This document shows, one piece after another, positions 9,872 to 19,386 of a stretch of 64,000 bases of DNA. Position 1 is the stretch's first letter. Every line of letters begins with the position of its first letter. The DNA is taken from the NCBI GenBank assembly GCA_041664245.1, contig JBAYLC010000004.1, positions 16,932-80,931 of the forward strand, in the 5' to 3' direction. The notes under the pieces are model-generated. The model did not search any database. It was not told the DNA's origin and saw nothing but the letters and a program-made list of their open reading frames with translations. A program made the translations under genes and the position numbers. Origin of the DNA: Minisyncoccota bacterium. GTDB taxonomy: Bacteria > Patescibacteriota > Minisyncoccia > UBA6257 > 2-01-FULL-56-20.

Positions 9872-10543
9872 TTACTTTCCCAAAAAAAGTCCGATAAAAT
9901 CTCCCAGAGATAATTGCCCCCAAACATATTCCAATCCAAAAATCGGAAGCAACCAAATCTTTACTATGATAGCAAAAATTGCTATCGGCAACCAAAAATA
10001 AAAAAGCGGCAGCCGTCCCTTGGAAAAAATCGTGTAGACCACGGAAAACAAAACTCCAAAAATCAGAATAGCCGCCCAAAAAAACAAAAATCCCGGATAC
10101 CCTGAGAGAAAAGTCCCGAGCGCGATAAGTTCAACTTCTTCGTTTTCAAAAAATCTATTACCAAATCTTTTATTCAAAAATTTCGCCAACCGGCTTACTA
10201 AAATAGAAGCCAGAAAAGCGACTATCCAAAAAATAAAAAAATGGACAAATACATATGACAAAAAATAAGAGATCGGGGCATAAGGCGGCAAAAGGCCTCT
10301 GCTAAGCGGATTACTCTCCCAAACTTGATACTGCTTGTAAGATATATAAACATTAACTGCTACCACAATCACAAACAAAATCAACCACAAAATCTTTAAA
10401 TACTTCTTTACCGTTTCTCGGGAAAATTTTCCTTCTCTTTTTGAGTCCAAAAATCGCCGGCCCCAAAAAATCTGTGCCGCAAAAAGCAAAATCAAAGCCA
10501 CTAAATTAAAATATTGAGCTACTGCAAACATTCTCAAAATCAA
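9872..10543 (-). CDS. pilD: Prepilin peptidase (A24 family)
   Basis: 223 aa polytopic membrane protein immediately downstream of pilA and adjacent to pilB. Size and position are typical of PilD; the assignment rests on context and topology. Confidence 0.65.
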   Translation of the reverse strand: MILRMFAVAQYFNLVALILLFAAQIFWGRRFLDSKREGKFSRETVKKYLKILWLILFVIVVAVNVYISYKQYQVWESNPLSRGLLPPYAPISYFLSYVFVHFFIFWIVAFLASILVSRLAKFLNKRFGNRFFENEEVELIALGTFLSGYPGFLFFWAAILIFGVLFSVVYTIFSKGRLPLFYFWLPIAIFAIIVKIWLLPIFGLEYVWGQLSLGDFIGLFLGK

Positions 10544-10556
10544 TTATAACACAAAA

Positions 10557-10576
10557 AGCGCCCTAAGGCGCTTTTT
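10557..10576 (-). terminator. Intrinsic terminator hairpin between pilA and pilD; probably a partial, attenuating terminator
   Basis: AGCGCC-CTAA-GGCGCT perfect hairpin flanked by an A-tract and a T-tract (aaaaAGCGCCctaaGGCGCTtttt). pilD starts right after it on the same strand. Confidence 0.55.
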
Positions 10577-10601
10577 GTTGAATAATAATTAATACTCTTT
10601 T

Positions 10602-11222
10602 CTAGAGAGCTAGACCAGGATTAGTCCCAACCTCATACAAAGTAACGCTGTTCCCCCCATCATTAACCGAACTACTCGAAAACTTCTGGCTTTCAATTCT
10701 AGTATTCACCTCATATGTGTTATTCGTTCCAGTCATATATGCGTAATAGAAATCATCACTCGTCGTAGTTACGGTAGGACCAAAAGTATTTGGCACAACA
10801 GGGTCAACTGGTAACTGCGGTAGCGGCGAACCAGTACTAATTTTAGTAAAATCAATCGGAATCCATCCGGTTCCATTAATCGCCCGAGAAGTAGTCGCTC
10901 CAACAGTTGCAGCCCCAGCCCCTAACGACGGGAAACGAAACCCGCACTGATTACCAGCAGTACCAAGCGTAGAAGAAGCGTCCAAAGAAGTGAAGCACCA
11001 TGTCGTACTTGTTCCAAGATACGCCGCCGGCACATCAGAGAGATAAAGCGCAATAGCGCTATTCAAAGTCGACAAATCCGAAAACCTGGTCGTATCCCGT
11101 GACTGCCTTAGCAACTCGGCCGGATTTAAAGTCAAAATAACGACCGTCGCGAGAATGGCAATAATACCAATAACAATCAGAAGTTCAATAAGAGTAAAAC
11201 CCTTAACTTGCTTATTTTGCAT
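10602..11222 (-). CDS. pilA: Major type IV pilin
   Basis: Canonical KGFTLIELLIVIGIIAILATVVILTL prepilin leader and alpha1 helix. Own promoter upstream and hairpin downstream. Confidence 0.8.
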   Translation of the reverse strand: MQNKQVKGFTLIELLIVIGIIAILATVVILTLNPAELLRQSRDTTRFSDLSTLNSAIALYLSDVPAAYLGTSTTWCFTSLDASSTLGTAGNQCGFRFPSLGAGAATVGATTSRAINGTGWIPIDFTKISTGSPLPQLPVDPVVPNTFGPTVTTTSDDFYYAYMTGTNNTYEVNTRIESQKFSSSSVNDGGNSVTLYEVGTNPGLAL

Positions 11223-11264
11223 TGAATTTTTTCTTTAAATTCGACCTTTTTATAACGTAAAATC

Positions 11265-11273
11265 ATTATAGCA
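11265..11273 (-). promoter_or_regulatory. Extended -10 promoter element (TGcTATAAT) for pilA
   Basis: The minus strand reads ...tttgTGcTATAATgattttacg... about 45 nt upstream of the pilA ATG, with an A/T-rich region further upstream. Confidence 0.5.
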
Positions 11274-11403
11274 CAAAGAAAATAGGCTGATTAAAAAATT
11301 GTGGATAACTCCCGATTTCCTATGAACGCAGTGAATAAAGGAAATCAAGGACCCCGCCCGCTGGTGAGATATTCATTTTCCCCATTAGCGATTTGCCATC
11401 TAG

Positions 11404-11475
11404 TGCGTGTGGAAGGAATCGAACCTTCGACCTCTGTCTTATCAGGACAGCGTTCTACCACTGAACTACACACGC
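11404..11475 (-). tRNA. tRNA-Ile (anticodon GAT)
   Basis: Minus-strand cloverleaf GCGTGTGTAGTTCAGTGGTAGAACGCTGTCCTGATAAGACAGAGGTCGAAGGTTCGATTCCTTCCACACGCA. Anticodon loop CTGATAA. No encoded CCA. Confidence 0.85.
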
Positions 11476-11499
11476 GTTCTTTTCTACCTTCCACCTTTG

Positions 11500-11571
11500 T
11501 GCGCGGTAGAAGGATCGAACTTCTGACCTCTTCGATGTCAACGAAGCGCTCTACCACTGAGCTAACCGCGC
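11500..11571 (-). tRNA. tRNA-Val (anticodon GAC)
   Basis: Minus-strand GCGCGGTTAGCTCAGTGGTAGAGCGCTTCGTTGACATCGAAGAGGTCAGAAGTTCGATCCTTCTACCGCGCA. Anticodon loop TTGACAT. Confidence 0.85.
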
Positions 11572-11681
11572 ATCCCTAAGCTTAAACTAAACAAACCCAT
11601 CCCTACCTAATAAAATCAATTTTCTAACAAAAAACGCCAACCCGAAACCAGCTACCATTAAAACCCAAAATCGAAAAAAAA

Positions 11682-11888
11682 TCAAAACCTTGGCTCAATT
11701 TGAAGTCGCTTAGCTTTTTCGATATCAAAACTGACCGACCCCCCTCCGCCGCTATTCAAATTATTCGCTATCGAAAACCCATTAGCCACCACCCTCACTG
11801 CCCAAACAAAATAAGCAACCACGATTACAAGTAAAACAACCGAAAGAATAGCTAATATTTTTTCGTAATGTTCTTTCAAAAAATTCAT
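11682..11888 (-). CDS. Small single-pass membrane protein, unknown function
   Basis: 68 aa with one TM helix (ILAILSVVLLVIVVAYFVWAV) and a Gly-rich segment. Directly downstream of the PilO/PilN-like gene. Confidence 0.35.
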   Translation of the reverse strand: MNFLKEHYEKILAILSVVLLVIVVAYFVWAVRVVANGFSIANNLNSGGGGSVSFDIEKAKRLQIEPRF

Positions 11889-11906
11889 TGTTTTTTCTTT
11901 TTAAAA

Positions 11907-12443
11907 CTACTCCTTAAAATAAACCAATCCCTTTGCGTTAAGAACATAATCATTTGAAGTTTTTGCTATATCCGCGCTTTCAAAGCTCATTAAAAACCTA
12001 GGTGATGCAGTTTCTAAATATCTTAGAAAAGCGATTAAATTAGATAGAGGACCAGTTACACTAAGCGAGAATCCAGCGTGTCCAAAGGAAGTTGGAGTCG
12101 GTTTTACCTCTACCCCTTGTTGAAAATCAAAAGTCACTCCCACTCCATAATTTGTTCCCTGATTACTTAATACTCGCGATAAATCGGAAATCAACTGATC
12201 TTTCGCTGGCACTAAGGCGCCAATTCCTTTTATATACGCGGCGGCACTATCATTGCCATTTTTTAAATCCGCCAGCACCCCATTGATATTAGAGTTTTCA
12301 TAAACCAAAAATCTTTGATTGGAAATATCCTTAGAAAGTTTCGCAATATAACTAGCGGAAAAATAAAGAATCACTCCGGAAACCAAAAACAGCCCCAAAA
12401 TAATCAACGCTTTATTCCTAAATTGTTTTTTAAAATTCTCCAT
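11907..12443 (-). CDS. Membrane-anchored periplasmic protein, possibly a PilO/PilN-like pilus alignment subunit
   Basis: 178 aa with an N-terminal TM anchor (ALIILGLFLVSGVILYF) followed by a coiled-coil-like region. Adjacent to the pilus locus. Weak assignment. Confidence 0.3.
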   Translation of the reverse strand: MENFKKQFRNKALIILGLFLVSGVILYFSASYIAKLSKDISNQRFLVYENSNINGVLADLKNGNDSAAAYIKGIGALVPAKDQLISDLSRVLSNQGTNYGVGVTFDFQQGVEVKPTPTSFGHAGFSLSVTGPLSNLIAFLRYLETASPRFLMSFESADIAKTSNDYVLNAKGLVYFKE

Positions 12444-12521
12444 TACTTTTTTAATTATAACATAAAACTAATCTACCCGAACCAATGAGACCAAAAAATT
12501 GACTTCGATTTTCCCTCCGTT

Positions 12522-13580
12522 ATGCTTATAAAAATGGACGAAAAAATTTATTACAATGCCATAAACATTGCCCTTGGCAGTGACTACCGAAAATTAGGAA
12601 AGTTGATAGAAAAGTCCGGCTGTTGGGAAATTGCTTGGGAAAATTTAGGTGTCGCCGAAAAAAATAAAATCAATCCGGAAAAACTTTGGGAGAAACTTCT
12701 AAGGTCAAAAATTGAGCTGACCTTAATAAACGAAAAAAAATACCCCTCCTTACTTCGCGAAATATCCTTTCCGCCTTTTGGAATTTATTCTATCGGCAAT
12801 TTTTCGGCTCTAAATCAAAAATATAAAATAAGCATCGTCGGTACCAGAAAGGCCACCGAGCAAGGCAAGGAAATCGCTCGAGAATTCGCCAGAAATCTCG
12901 GGCAAAACAATTTCGCCATAATAAGCGGTTTGGCTTTAGGAATTGACGCCGCTGCTCACTCCGGCGCCCTTGACGCTAACGCTCCCACCATCGCCGTCCT
13001 CGCCAACGGCCTTGATCATTTCTATCCCAGTTATAATTCTAAATTGGCTGAAAAAATAATCTCAAGCAATGGACTAATAGTTTCAGAATATCCAATAGGA
13101 AGCCCAACCCTCCCTTATCGATTTATAGAAAGAAATAGAATCATCAGCGGCCTTTCCGCCGGCACCCTTGTTATTGAAGCCCCCGAAGGGTCTGGCTCGC
13201 TCGCCACCACTAGATTTGCCCTTGATCAAAATCGGGAAATTTTTGTTACTCCCGGACCTCTAAAACATCCAAATTTCTCCGGCTCCCATAAATTAATCCG
13301 CCTTGGCGCCATCCTAGTTACCTCTCCTGAAGAAATTATTGAGTCTCTCGCCCCAGAAATTCTCGAGGGTAAAAACAGCCCACTAAACCAGCTAAATCTA
13401 TTAAATAGCCTAGAAGAAAAGAGAATATACGAAATTTTAAAAAACAGCGCTAAACCAATCACAGTTGACAAAATTATTGAACTATCTAATCTTAATGCCA
13501 AAATCATCAATCAAACTCTTACCTTCCTGACTATAAAGAATATAATCAGTGAAACTGAGGCTGGGTTTGTCGTTCTATGA
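12522..13580 (+). CDS. dprA: DNA processing protein A (Smf), competence-associated
   Basis: Rossmann-like DprA core (IVGTRKATEQG, ISGLALGIDAAAHSGAL, EAPEGSGSLATTRFALDQNREIF) plus a C-terminal winged-helix. The stop overlaps the topA start (ATGA). Confidence 0.85.
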   Translation: MLIKMDEKIYYNAINIALGSDYRKLGKLIEKSGCWEIAWENLGVAEKNKINPEKLWEKLLRSKIELTLINEKKYPSLLREISFPPFGIYSIGNFSALNQKYKISIVGTRKATEQGKEIAREFARNLGQNNFAIISGLALGIDAAAHSGALDANAPTIAVLANGLDHFYPSYNSKLAEKIISSNGLIVSEYPIGSPTLPYRFIERNRIISGLSAGTLVIEAPEGSGSLATTRFALDQNREIFVTPGPLKHPNFSGSHKLIRLGAILVTSPEEIIESLAPEILEGKNSPLNQLNLLNSLEEKRIYEILKNSAKPITVDKIIELSNLNAKIINQTLTFLTIKNIISETEAGFVVL

Positions 13581-15655
13581 ATATGAGTACAAAGCTAATT
13601 ATTGTTGAATCCCCCACTAAGGCCAAAACAATCTCTAAATTTGTCGGTTCTGGCTATAAAGTCGAATCTTCTTTCGGTCATGTTCGCGACCTTCCGAAAA
13701 GCAAGCTCGGCATTGATGTCGAAAATAATTTTGAGCCCCAATATGTCATTCCCCGGAAAATCCAACCTCGAGTCACCGCCCTTAAAAAAATCGCGGCGAA
13801 AGCTGATGAAGTGATACTAGCCACTGACGAAGACCGCGAAGGAGAAGCTATTGCCTGGCACCTCGTTACCGCCCTCAAATTAAAAAATGACTCTGACAAA
13901 CCGATAAAGCGGATTGTTTTCCATGAAATTACAAAAACCGCTATTAAAAACGCTTTAGACAATCCCCGCACAATTTTCCAAAATCTTGTTAATGCCCAAC
14001 AAGCCCGCCGCGTTCTTGACCGTCTTGTCGGTTATCAACTCTCGCCGTTCCTCTGGAAAAAAGTGGTCCGCGGCCTCTCCGCCGGCCGGGTTCAATCGGC
14101 CGCTATGCGCTTAATCGCCGCTCGCGAAGAAGAAATAAATAAATTCAAAAGTTATGAATACTGGACTATCGAAGCAAAACTCGAAACTGAAAAAAGGGAA
14201 ATTCTTGAAGCGTCTCTTTCAAAAATCGGGGACGAATCCGTTCCAAAACTAGGCATTGGAACTGAAACTGAGGCCCAAAAAATTCTTTCCGATCTGAAAG
14301 ACGCAAATTATAAAATAGAAAATATCGAACGGAATGAAACCAAAAAAAATCCCTATCCCCCTTTTATAACCAGCACCCTTCAACAAACAGCCTCTCGCCA
14401 CTTTGGTTTTTCCGCCAAACGAACAATGATGATTGCCCAATCTCTCTATGAAGGCGGCCACATCACCTACATGCGCACCGACTCCGTTAATCTCTCCAAA
14501 GAAGCCCTCGTGGCTTCAACTGAATGGATCAAAGCTCACTTACCAGAAGAATATCAAATTCCTCCGAAAAATTACGAAAACAAATCCCGGTTAGCCCAAG
14601 AAGCTCACGAAGCTATCCGGCCAACCGATCCCAACCTAGCGCCGGAAGAATGGGATGATTCTCGAAAATCAAAACTCGACAAAGACCAAGAGAAACTCTA
14701 CAGCCTCATCTGGCGCCGGTTCATCGCCTCTCAACTTCCCCACGCTAAACTCGACGCCACTAAAATAGAGGTTAGAGCCACTGCCGGAAAAAATAATTAT
14801 ATTCTAGCGGCTAACGGTAATATTCTCCGTTTTGACGGCTTTCTAAAAATCTGGCCAATTAAAATGGAAGAGAAAATTCTTCCCGAGCTTACAAAAGACG
14901 ACCCCGTCAGCCTCATTGAAGTAACGCCAACTCAGCACTTCACCGAACCGCCGCCGCGTTACAACGAAGCCAGTCTGATTAAAACTCTGGAAAAATACGG
15001 CATCGGCCGCCCATCAACCTACGCTCCGATTATTTCGGTTATTCAAAATCGCAACTACGTCGAAAAAATTCAAGGCCGCCTCCAACCCACCGAGATTGGC
15101 CTTTTAGTTGACAAGGTTCTCAAAGAAAATTTTCCGGAAATTGTTGATCTTGATTTCACCGCCAAAATGGAAAACGAACTCGATGAAATCGCTGAAGATA
15201 AAAAACAGTGGCAGGAAGTCATCAGGGAATTTTACGAACCTTTTTCTGTCCACCTTAAACAAAAATATGAAGAAGTTTCCAAAAAAGAAATCGCCGAGGA
15301 AAAAACCGACCAGAAATGCGAACTTTGCGGAAAAGATATGATCATTAAATTCGGCCGCTTCGGAAAATTTATGGCTTGCTCCGGATTTCCGGAATGCAAG
15401 AACACGAAAAATTTAAAGGATCCACCGAAACCAATCGGCCTCAAATGCCCCAAATGCGGCGAAGGCGACGTAATTGAAAGGCGGGTAAGCCGCAAAGGCC
15501 GCGCCCGCGGCAAAATCTTTTGGGGCTGTAATCGCTATCCCGATTGCGACTACGCCTCTTGGACCAACCCTTTGAATCCGGAAGAGAAAAAACCCTTAGA
15601 AATCGAAGCCCTAGAGCCCAAAACAACTGCCACAATCGAAGAAGACTCTGAATAA
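13577..15655 (+). CDS. topA: DNA topoisomerase I
   Basis: Toprim domain (LIIVESPTKAKTI...ILATDEDREGEAIAWHL), catalytic region (YMRTDS) and C-terminal Zn-ribbon repeats (CELCGKDM...CSGFPECKN; CPKCGEG...GCNRYPDC). Confidence 0.95.
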   Translation: MNMSTKLIIVESPTKAKTISKFVGSGYKVESSFGHVRDLPKSKLGIDVENNFEPQYVIPRKIQPRVTALKKIAAKADEVILATDEDREGEAIAWHLVTALKLKNDSDKPIKRIVFHEITKTAIKNALDNPRTIFQNLVNAQQARRVLDRLVGYQLSPFLWKKVVRGLSAGRVQSAAMRLIAAREEEINKFKSYEYWTIEAKLETEKREILEASLSKIGDESVPKLGIGTETEAQKILSDLKDANYKIENIERNETKKNPYPPFITSTLQQTASRHFGFSAKRTMMIAQSLYEGGHITYMRTDSVNLSKEALVASTEWIKAHLPEEYQIPPKNYENKSRLAQEAHEAIRPTDPNLAPEEWDDSRKSKLDKDQEKLYSLIWRRFIASQLPHAKLDATKIEVRATAGKNNYILAANGNILRFDGFLKIWPIKMEEKILPELTKDDPVSLIEVTPTQHFTEPPPRYNEASLIKTLEKYGIGRPSTYAPIISVIQNRNYVEKIQGRLQPTEIGLLVDKVLKENFPEIVDLDFTAKMENELDEIAEDKKQWQEVIREFYEPFSVHLKQKYEEVSKKEIAEEKTDQKCELCGKDMIIKFGRFGKFMACSGFPECKNTKNLKDPPKPIGLKCPKCGEGDVIERRVSRKGRARGKIFWGCNRYPDCDYASWTNPLNPEEKKPLEIEALEPKTTATIEEDSE

Positions 15656-15732
15656 CAATAAAACTCCCAACCCGTAGCATACTAAATAATTGCTTCCTTA
15701 TTACTATATGTTATATATGTAAAATCAAGGAG

Positions 15733-17208
15733 ATGAGTATATTAGAATCAGCGGAAAAAAATAAAAACGGCCTGATAGCCAAAGCTCTCGAGTTTGCCAA
15801 AATTGCCCACCAAGACCAGCCTCGCCTTAACGGTGAATCCTATTTTAACCACTGCCTCGAAACTGCTGAAACCCTTAATCTTTGGCACATGGACGAAGAG
15901 ACAATCGCCGCCGGCCTTCTTCATGACACTCTCAAGCACAATAAAGCCACCGAATTCGAGCTTAAGGAAAAATTCGGCGAAGAAGTCGCCTTCTTAGTTC
16001 AGGGCGTTACCAAACTCGGCCTTTTAAAATACCGCGGCACGCAAACTAAAATCGAAAACATAAGAAAAATGATTTTGGCTTTGAGCCGCGATCTTCGGAT
16101 TGTTTTTATCAAACTAGCTAACCGCCTTCACAATCTGAAAAGTCTCGACGCTCTTCCTAAAGAAAAACAAGAAGCTATCGCTTTTGAGACAAACGAAATC
16201 TACGCTCCCTTGGCTTCTCTAATTGGTATGCCTAACCTCGCCGGCGAGATGCAAGATTTTTGCTTTCCTATTCTTAACCCTGACAAATACAGCTGGCTCA
16301 TCGGGAATGTTAAAGAAAAATATGAGGAACGCCACGCTTACCTTGAAAAATTCAAACCATCCCTAGAGAAGCTTCTGGAAGAAAATAATCTCCACCCAAC
16401 CTTGGTTGATTTTCGAGCCAAACGCTATTCCAGTCTTTATCACAAGCTTTTAAGATACGATATGGATCTAGAAAGAATTCACGACCTCATCGCCACTTGG
16501 GTTGTTTTTAAAGACGTTAAAGATTGCTACAAGGCCTTAGGCGTCATTCACCAAAAATGGTCGCCTATTTCTGCCGATCGAATCAAAGACTATATCGCCG
16601 CCCCAAAACCAACCGGCTATCGCTCTCTTCACACTACCGTTGTTGGCCCCGAAAACAAAAATATCGAAATTCAAATCCACACCGAGCGAATGCACGAAGA
16701 AAACAAAAACGGCCTTGCCGCTCATTGGTTTTATAAACAATGTCCCACTAAAGATCTTCCTCCAAAATCATTCCTGCGAAAAACTATTCAGGAATTGCCT
16801 CTGATCAAGCACCTAAGACGCTGGCAAGATCCTTTAAGCGACATTGCCTCCACCAACCAAGAATTTCGCGAAACTATGAAGATAGATTTTTTTGCCGATC
16901 GCATTTTTGTAATTACTCCCAAAGGTGATGTTGTTGATCTCCCCAATGACTCAACTCCTATTGATTTTGCCTACAAAATTCACACCGAAGTCGGCGACAC
17001 CTGCGTCAAAGCGAAAGTTAATAATGAATTTAAGCCCTTAAATACAAAACTAAAATCAGCCGATCTAGTGGAAATAATTACTCAAAAAAACAAAAAACCG
17101 TCTGCCGACTGGCTGAAATTCGCCCAAACCTCTCTCGCTAAAGAACGCATCCGCTTTCTTATCAACCAAAAAAATTACCACTTAAAAAATCCGCCGTTTG
17201 CCAGCTAG
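15733..17208 (+). CDS. Short bifunctional RelA/SpoT-family (p)ppGpp synthetase/hydrolase (HD, synthetase and TGS domains; no ACT domain)
   Basis: HD motif (LLHDTLKH), synthetase core (YRSLHTTVVGP...IEIQIHTERMHEENKNGLAAHWFYK), TGS domain (IFVITPKGDVVDLPNDSTPIDFAYKIHTEVG). RBS aaggag 8 nt upstream. Confidence 0.85.
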   Translation: MSILESAEKNKNGLIAKALEFAKIAHQDQPRLNGESYFNHCLETAETLNLWHMDEETIAAGLLHDTLKHNKATEFELKEKFGEEVAFLVQGVTKLGLLKYRGTQTKIENIRKMILALSRDLRIVFIKLANRLHNLKSLDALPKEKQEAIAFETNEIYAPLASLIGMPNLAGEMQDFCFPILNPDKYSWLIGNVKEKYEERHAYLEKFKPSLEKLLEENNLHPTLVDFRAKRYSSLYHKLLRYDMDLERIHDLIATWVVFKDVKDCYKALGVIHQKWSPISADRIKDYIAAPKPTGYRSLHTTVVGPENKNIEIQIHTERMHEENKNGLAAHWFYKQCPTKDLPPKSFLRKTIQELPLIKHLRRWQDPLSDIASTNQEFRETMKIDFFADRIFVITPKGDVVDLPNDSTPIDFAYKIHTEVGDTCVKAKVNNEFKPLNTKLKSADLVEIITQKNKKPSADWLKFAQTSLAKERIRFLINQKNYHLKNPPFAS

Positions 17209-18254
17209 AAACCGCTACTCTCCTTTTCTAGTCTTTCTAATATCCCCATCAATTCCTCCTCGGAGTAAAAACTAATCATAATTCTGCCCTTGTCTCCCCT
17301 TTTCTCAATCGCCACCGGCGCACCCAGCTGGGAGGCTATTTTCTCTTGTGCGTATTTAACTTCCATCGGCAACTCCTCGAGAGTTCTATCTTTTTGAACT
17401 TGCGGCTTAGAAGGGCTGACTTTTTCTTTCAATTCCCGAGTAGTTAATTTATTGGAAATAATATCGTCAAAAAGTTTCTTCTGTGAGGCCGCGTCTTGAA
17501 CTACCAAAAGCAATCGCCCGTGAGTTTCGCTGATTAGATTTTTCCCGAGCGCTTCCTGAATGTAGGCCGGCAAATCTAACAAACGAACACTATTAGCAAT
17601 CGCCTCCCGGCTTTTTCCCAAACGAGTGGCAATCTCTCTCTGGGTCAAATTAAATTCATCTTGCAATCTGGAAAATGCTCGCGCGGTTTCAATCGGGCTT
17701 AAATCTTCTCTCTGAAGATTTTCAATAATCGCCATTTCCAACCGCTCTCTTTCAAAATCAACTCTCTTAACAATTGCCGGCACCCTTTCTAATCCTAAAA
17801 GTTTCGCCGCCATCAATCGACGTTCCCCGGCAATCAAAATATATTCCACGTCCGTACCAATCGGTGTTTCATTTTCAACTTTCGTCACTACTAAAGGTTG
17901 TAAAATTCCCACCTCTCGGATTGACGCCGCCAAATCCTTTAGCGCTTCGTCATCAAAATCTTTTCTCGGTTGATGCGGATTTGGTTTTATCTTCTCAACT
18001 TCAATTTGAAAAATCGCCTCCTGCCTTCTCCTCTCCCCCTTATTAGTCGCTGAATCATCTTCTTTCCTAGCTTTAAATTGGTCTGAAAAATTCAAAGTCG
18101 GCGCCGCCTCATCGTCTTTTTTGTTCAAATCAAAAACCAGATCTTCTTTTGGAAGATAATTCGCATCGCTGCTATTAGCATTATCGCCGTTTGCTCCGCC
18201 ATTATTGAAACCTTTATTCGGCGGTATTAATGATTCAAGTCCTTTTCCTAACAT
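17205..18254 (-). CDS. parB: Chromosome partitioning protein ParB
   Basis: ParB box GERRLMAAK, HTH region LTQREIATRLGKSREAIANSVRLL. Overlaps the relA/spoT-like gene end by 4 nt. Confidence 0.85.
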   Translation of the reverse strand: MLGKGLESLIPPNKGFNNGGANGDNANSSDANYLPKEDLVFDLNKKDDEAAPTLNFSDQFKARKEDDSATNKGERRRQEAIFQIEVEKIKPNPHQPRKDFDDEALKDLAASIREVGILQPLVVTKVENETPIGTDVEYILIAGERRLMAAKLLGLERVPAIVKRVDFERERLEMAIIENLQREDLSPIETARAFSRLQDEFNLTQREIATRLGKSREAIANSVRLLDLPAYIQEALGKNLISETHGRLLLVVQDAASQKKLFDDIISNKLTTRELKEKVSPSKPQVQKDRTLEELPMEVKYAQEKIASQLGAPVAIEKRGDKGRIMISFYSEEELMGILERLEKESSGF

Positions 18255-18268
18255 TTTGTTTATAAATT

Positions 18269-19099
18269 CTACAGTATATTAAAATTTCCGTAATCCTTGC
18301 TCACTATCGCCTCTGTGGGGTTTAGAAAATTCCTCTCTTCGGCAATAATCTCATCCGCCAAATTTTTATAAGCCAGCGCCCCAATCGAATCCGGCCGGTA
18401 AAGCATTATTGGCTTTGAGAAACTCGGCGCCTCCGCCAAAGCCACGCTCCGGGGAATCTCGGTTTTAAAAACCGGATGCGGAAAATGTCGCCGCAGATCC
18501 CTCGCCACCTCCCGACTCAACCGCTCGTTTTTGTTATACATAGTGATAAGCGCTCCCCTCACTTTCAAATCATGTCCAAGATTGTTTCGAATTAAATTGA
18601 CTGTATCTAAGAGTTGTCCTAGTCCTTCTAAGCTATAATACTCCGCCTGCACGGGAATGATCACCTCATCCGAGGCCACCAAACCGTTAACTGTTAGCAA
18701 GCTTAAGGACGGCGGCAAATCAATCAAAATATAGTCATATTGATGCCGCAACCGGTGCAAAAATTTTCGCAAAAAATATTCCCGCTCCGGCAAATTAACA
18801 AATTCAATTAGCGCTCCGGCTAAGTGCGGCGCAGCCGGAATATAGTGAAAATTAAAAAGCATCGTCGGCTTTAACACTCGCTCCGGCGGCACAGCATTTA
18901 TTATTCCATGATAGATACTCTCCTCGATCTTAGAAACCTCGCTTCCTAAAGATGAGCTCGCATTCGCTTGCGGATCAAAATCAACCAAAAGAACTCTCCG
19001 GCCAGCCGCCGCCAAATATGCTCCCAAATTAACACTTGTGGTTGTTTTTCCAACTCCCCCCTTCTGATTACAAATCGCAATAACCTTTGCCATCGCCAT
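18269..19099 (-). CDS. parA: Chromosome partitioning ATPase ParA/Soj
   Basis: Deviant Walker A KVIAICNQKGGVGKTT. Start probably at the MAMAK Met codons (19099 or 19093), not the track's 19129. Confidence 0.85.
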   Translation of the reverse strand: MAMAKVIAICNQKGGVGKTTTSVNLGAYLAAAGRRVLLVDFDPQANASSSLGSEVSKIEESIYHGIINAVPPERVLKPTMLFNFHYIPAAPHLAGALIEFVNLPEREYFLRKFLHRLRHQYDYILIDLPPSLSLLTVNGLVASDEVIIPVQAEYYSLEGLGQLLDTVNLIRNNLGHDLKVRGALITMYNKNERLSREVARDLRRHFPHPVFKTEIPRSVALAEAPSFSKPIMLYRPDSIGALAYKNLADEIIAEERNFLNPTEAIVSKDYGNFNIL

Positions 19100-19193
19100 A
19101 ATTGTATAGATTTCGAAATGATAACGCAAAAAATATCGGAGGTTTTAGCTTGATTTTAGCAACAAAAAAATAGTAAAATCCTTGTAGTAAAAT

Positions 19194-19275
19194 GCCCGGG
19201 TGGCGGAATTGGTAGACGCGCACGACTCAAAATCGTGTGAGGAAACTCATGCCGGTTCGATTCCGGCCTCGGGCA
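19194..19275 (+). tRNA. tRNA-Leu (anticodon CAA)
   Basis: GCCCGGGTGGCGGAATTGGTAGACGCGCACGACTCAAAATCGTGTGAGGAAACTCATGCCGGTTCGATTCCGGCCTCGGGCA. Long variable arm; anticodon loop CTCAAAA. Confidence 0.85.
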
Positions 19276-19386
19276 CACTTAGAAAATCTTTCCCGCCGAA
19301 AGGCGGGATTAAATTTTCAAGTGCCCTGCAGAATGCGGGGCGTCCCGAACGACTTATCCCGAGTCATGTGGGGAACCAATACCACC

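Noticed and set aside
11301-11579. ORF-track ORFs 11301..11579 (+) and 11345..11557 (-)
   Set aside because: They are translations of the tRNA-Ile and tRNA-Val genes and their spacer. Highly structured tRNA sequence gives spurious open frames.
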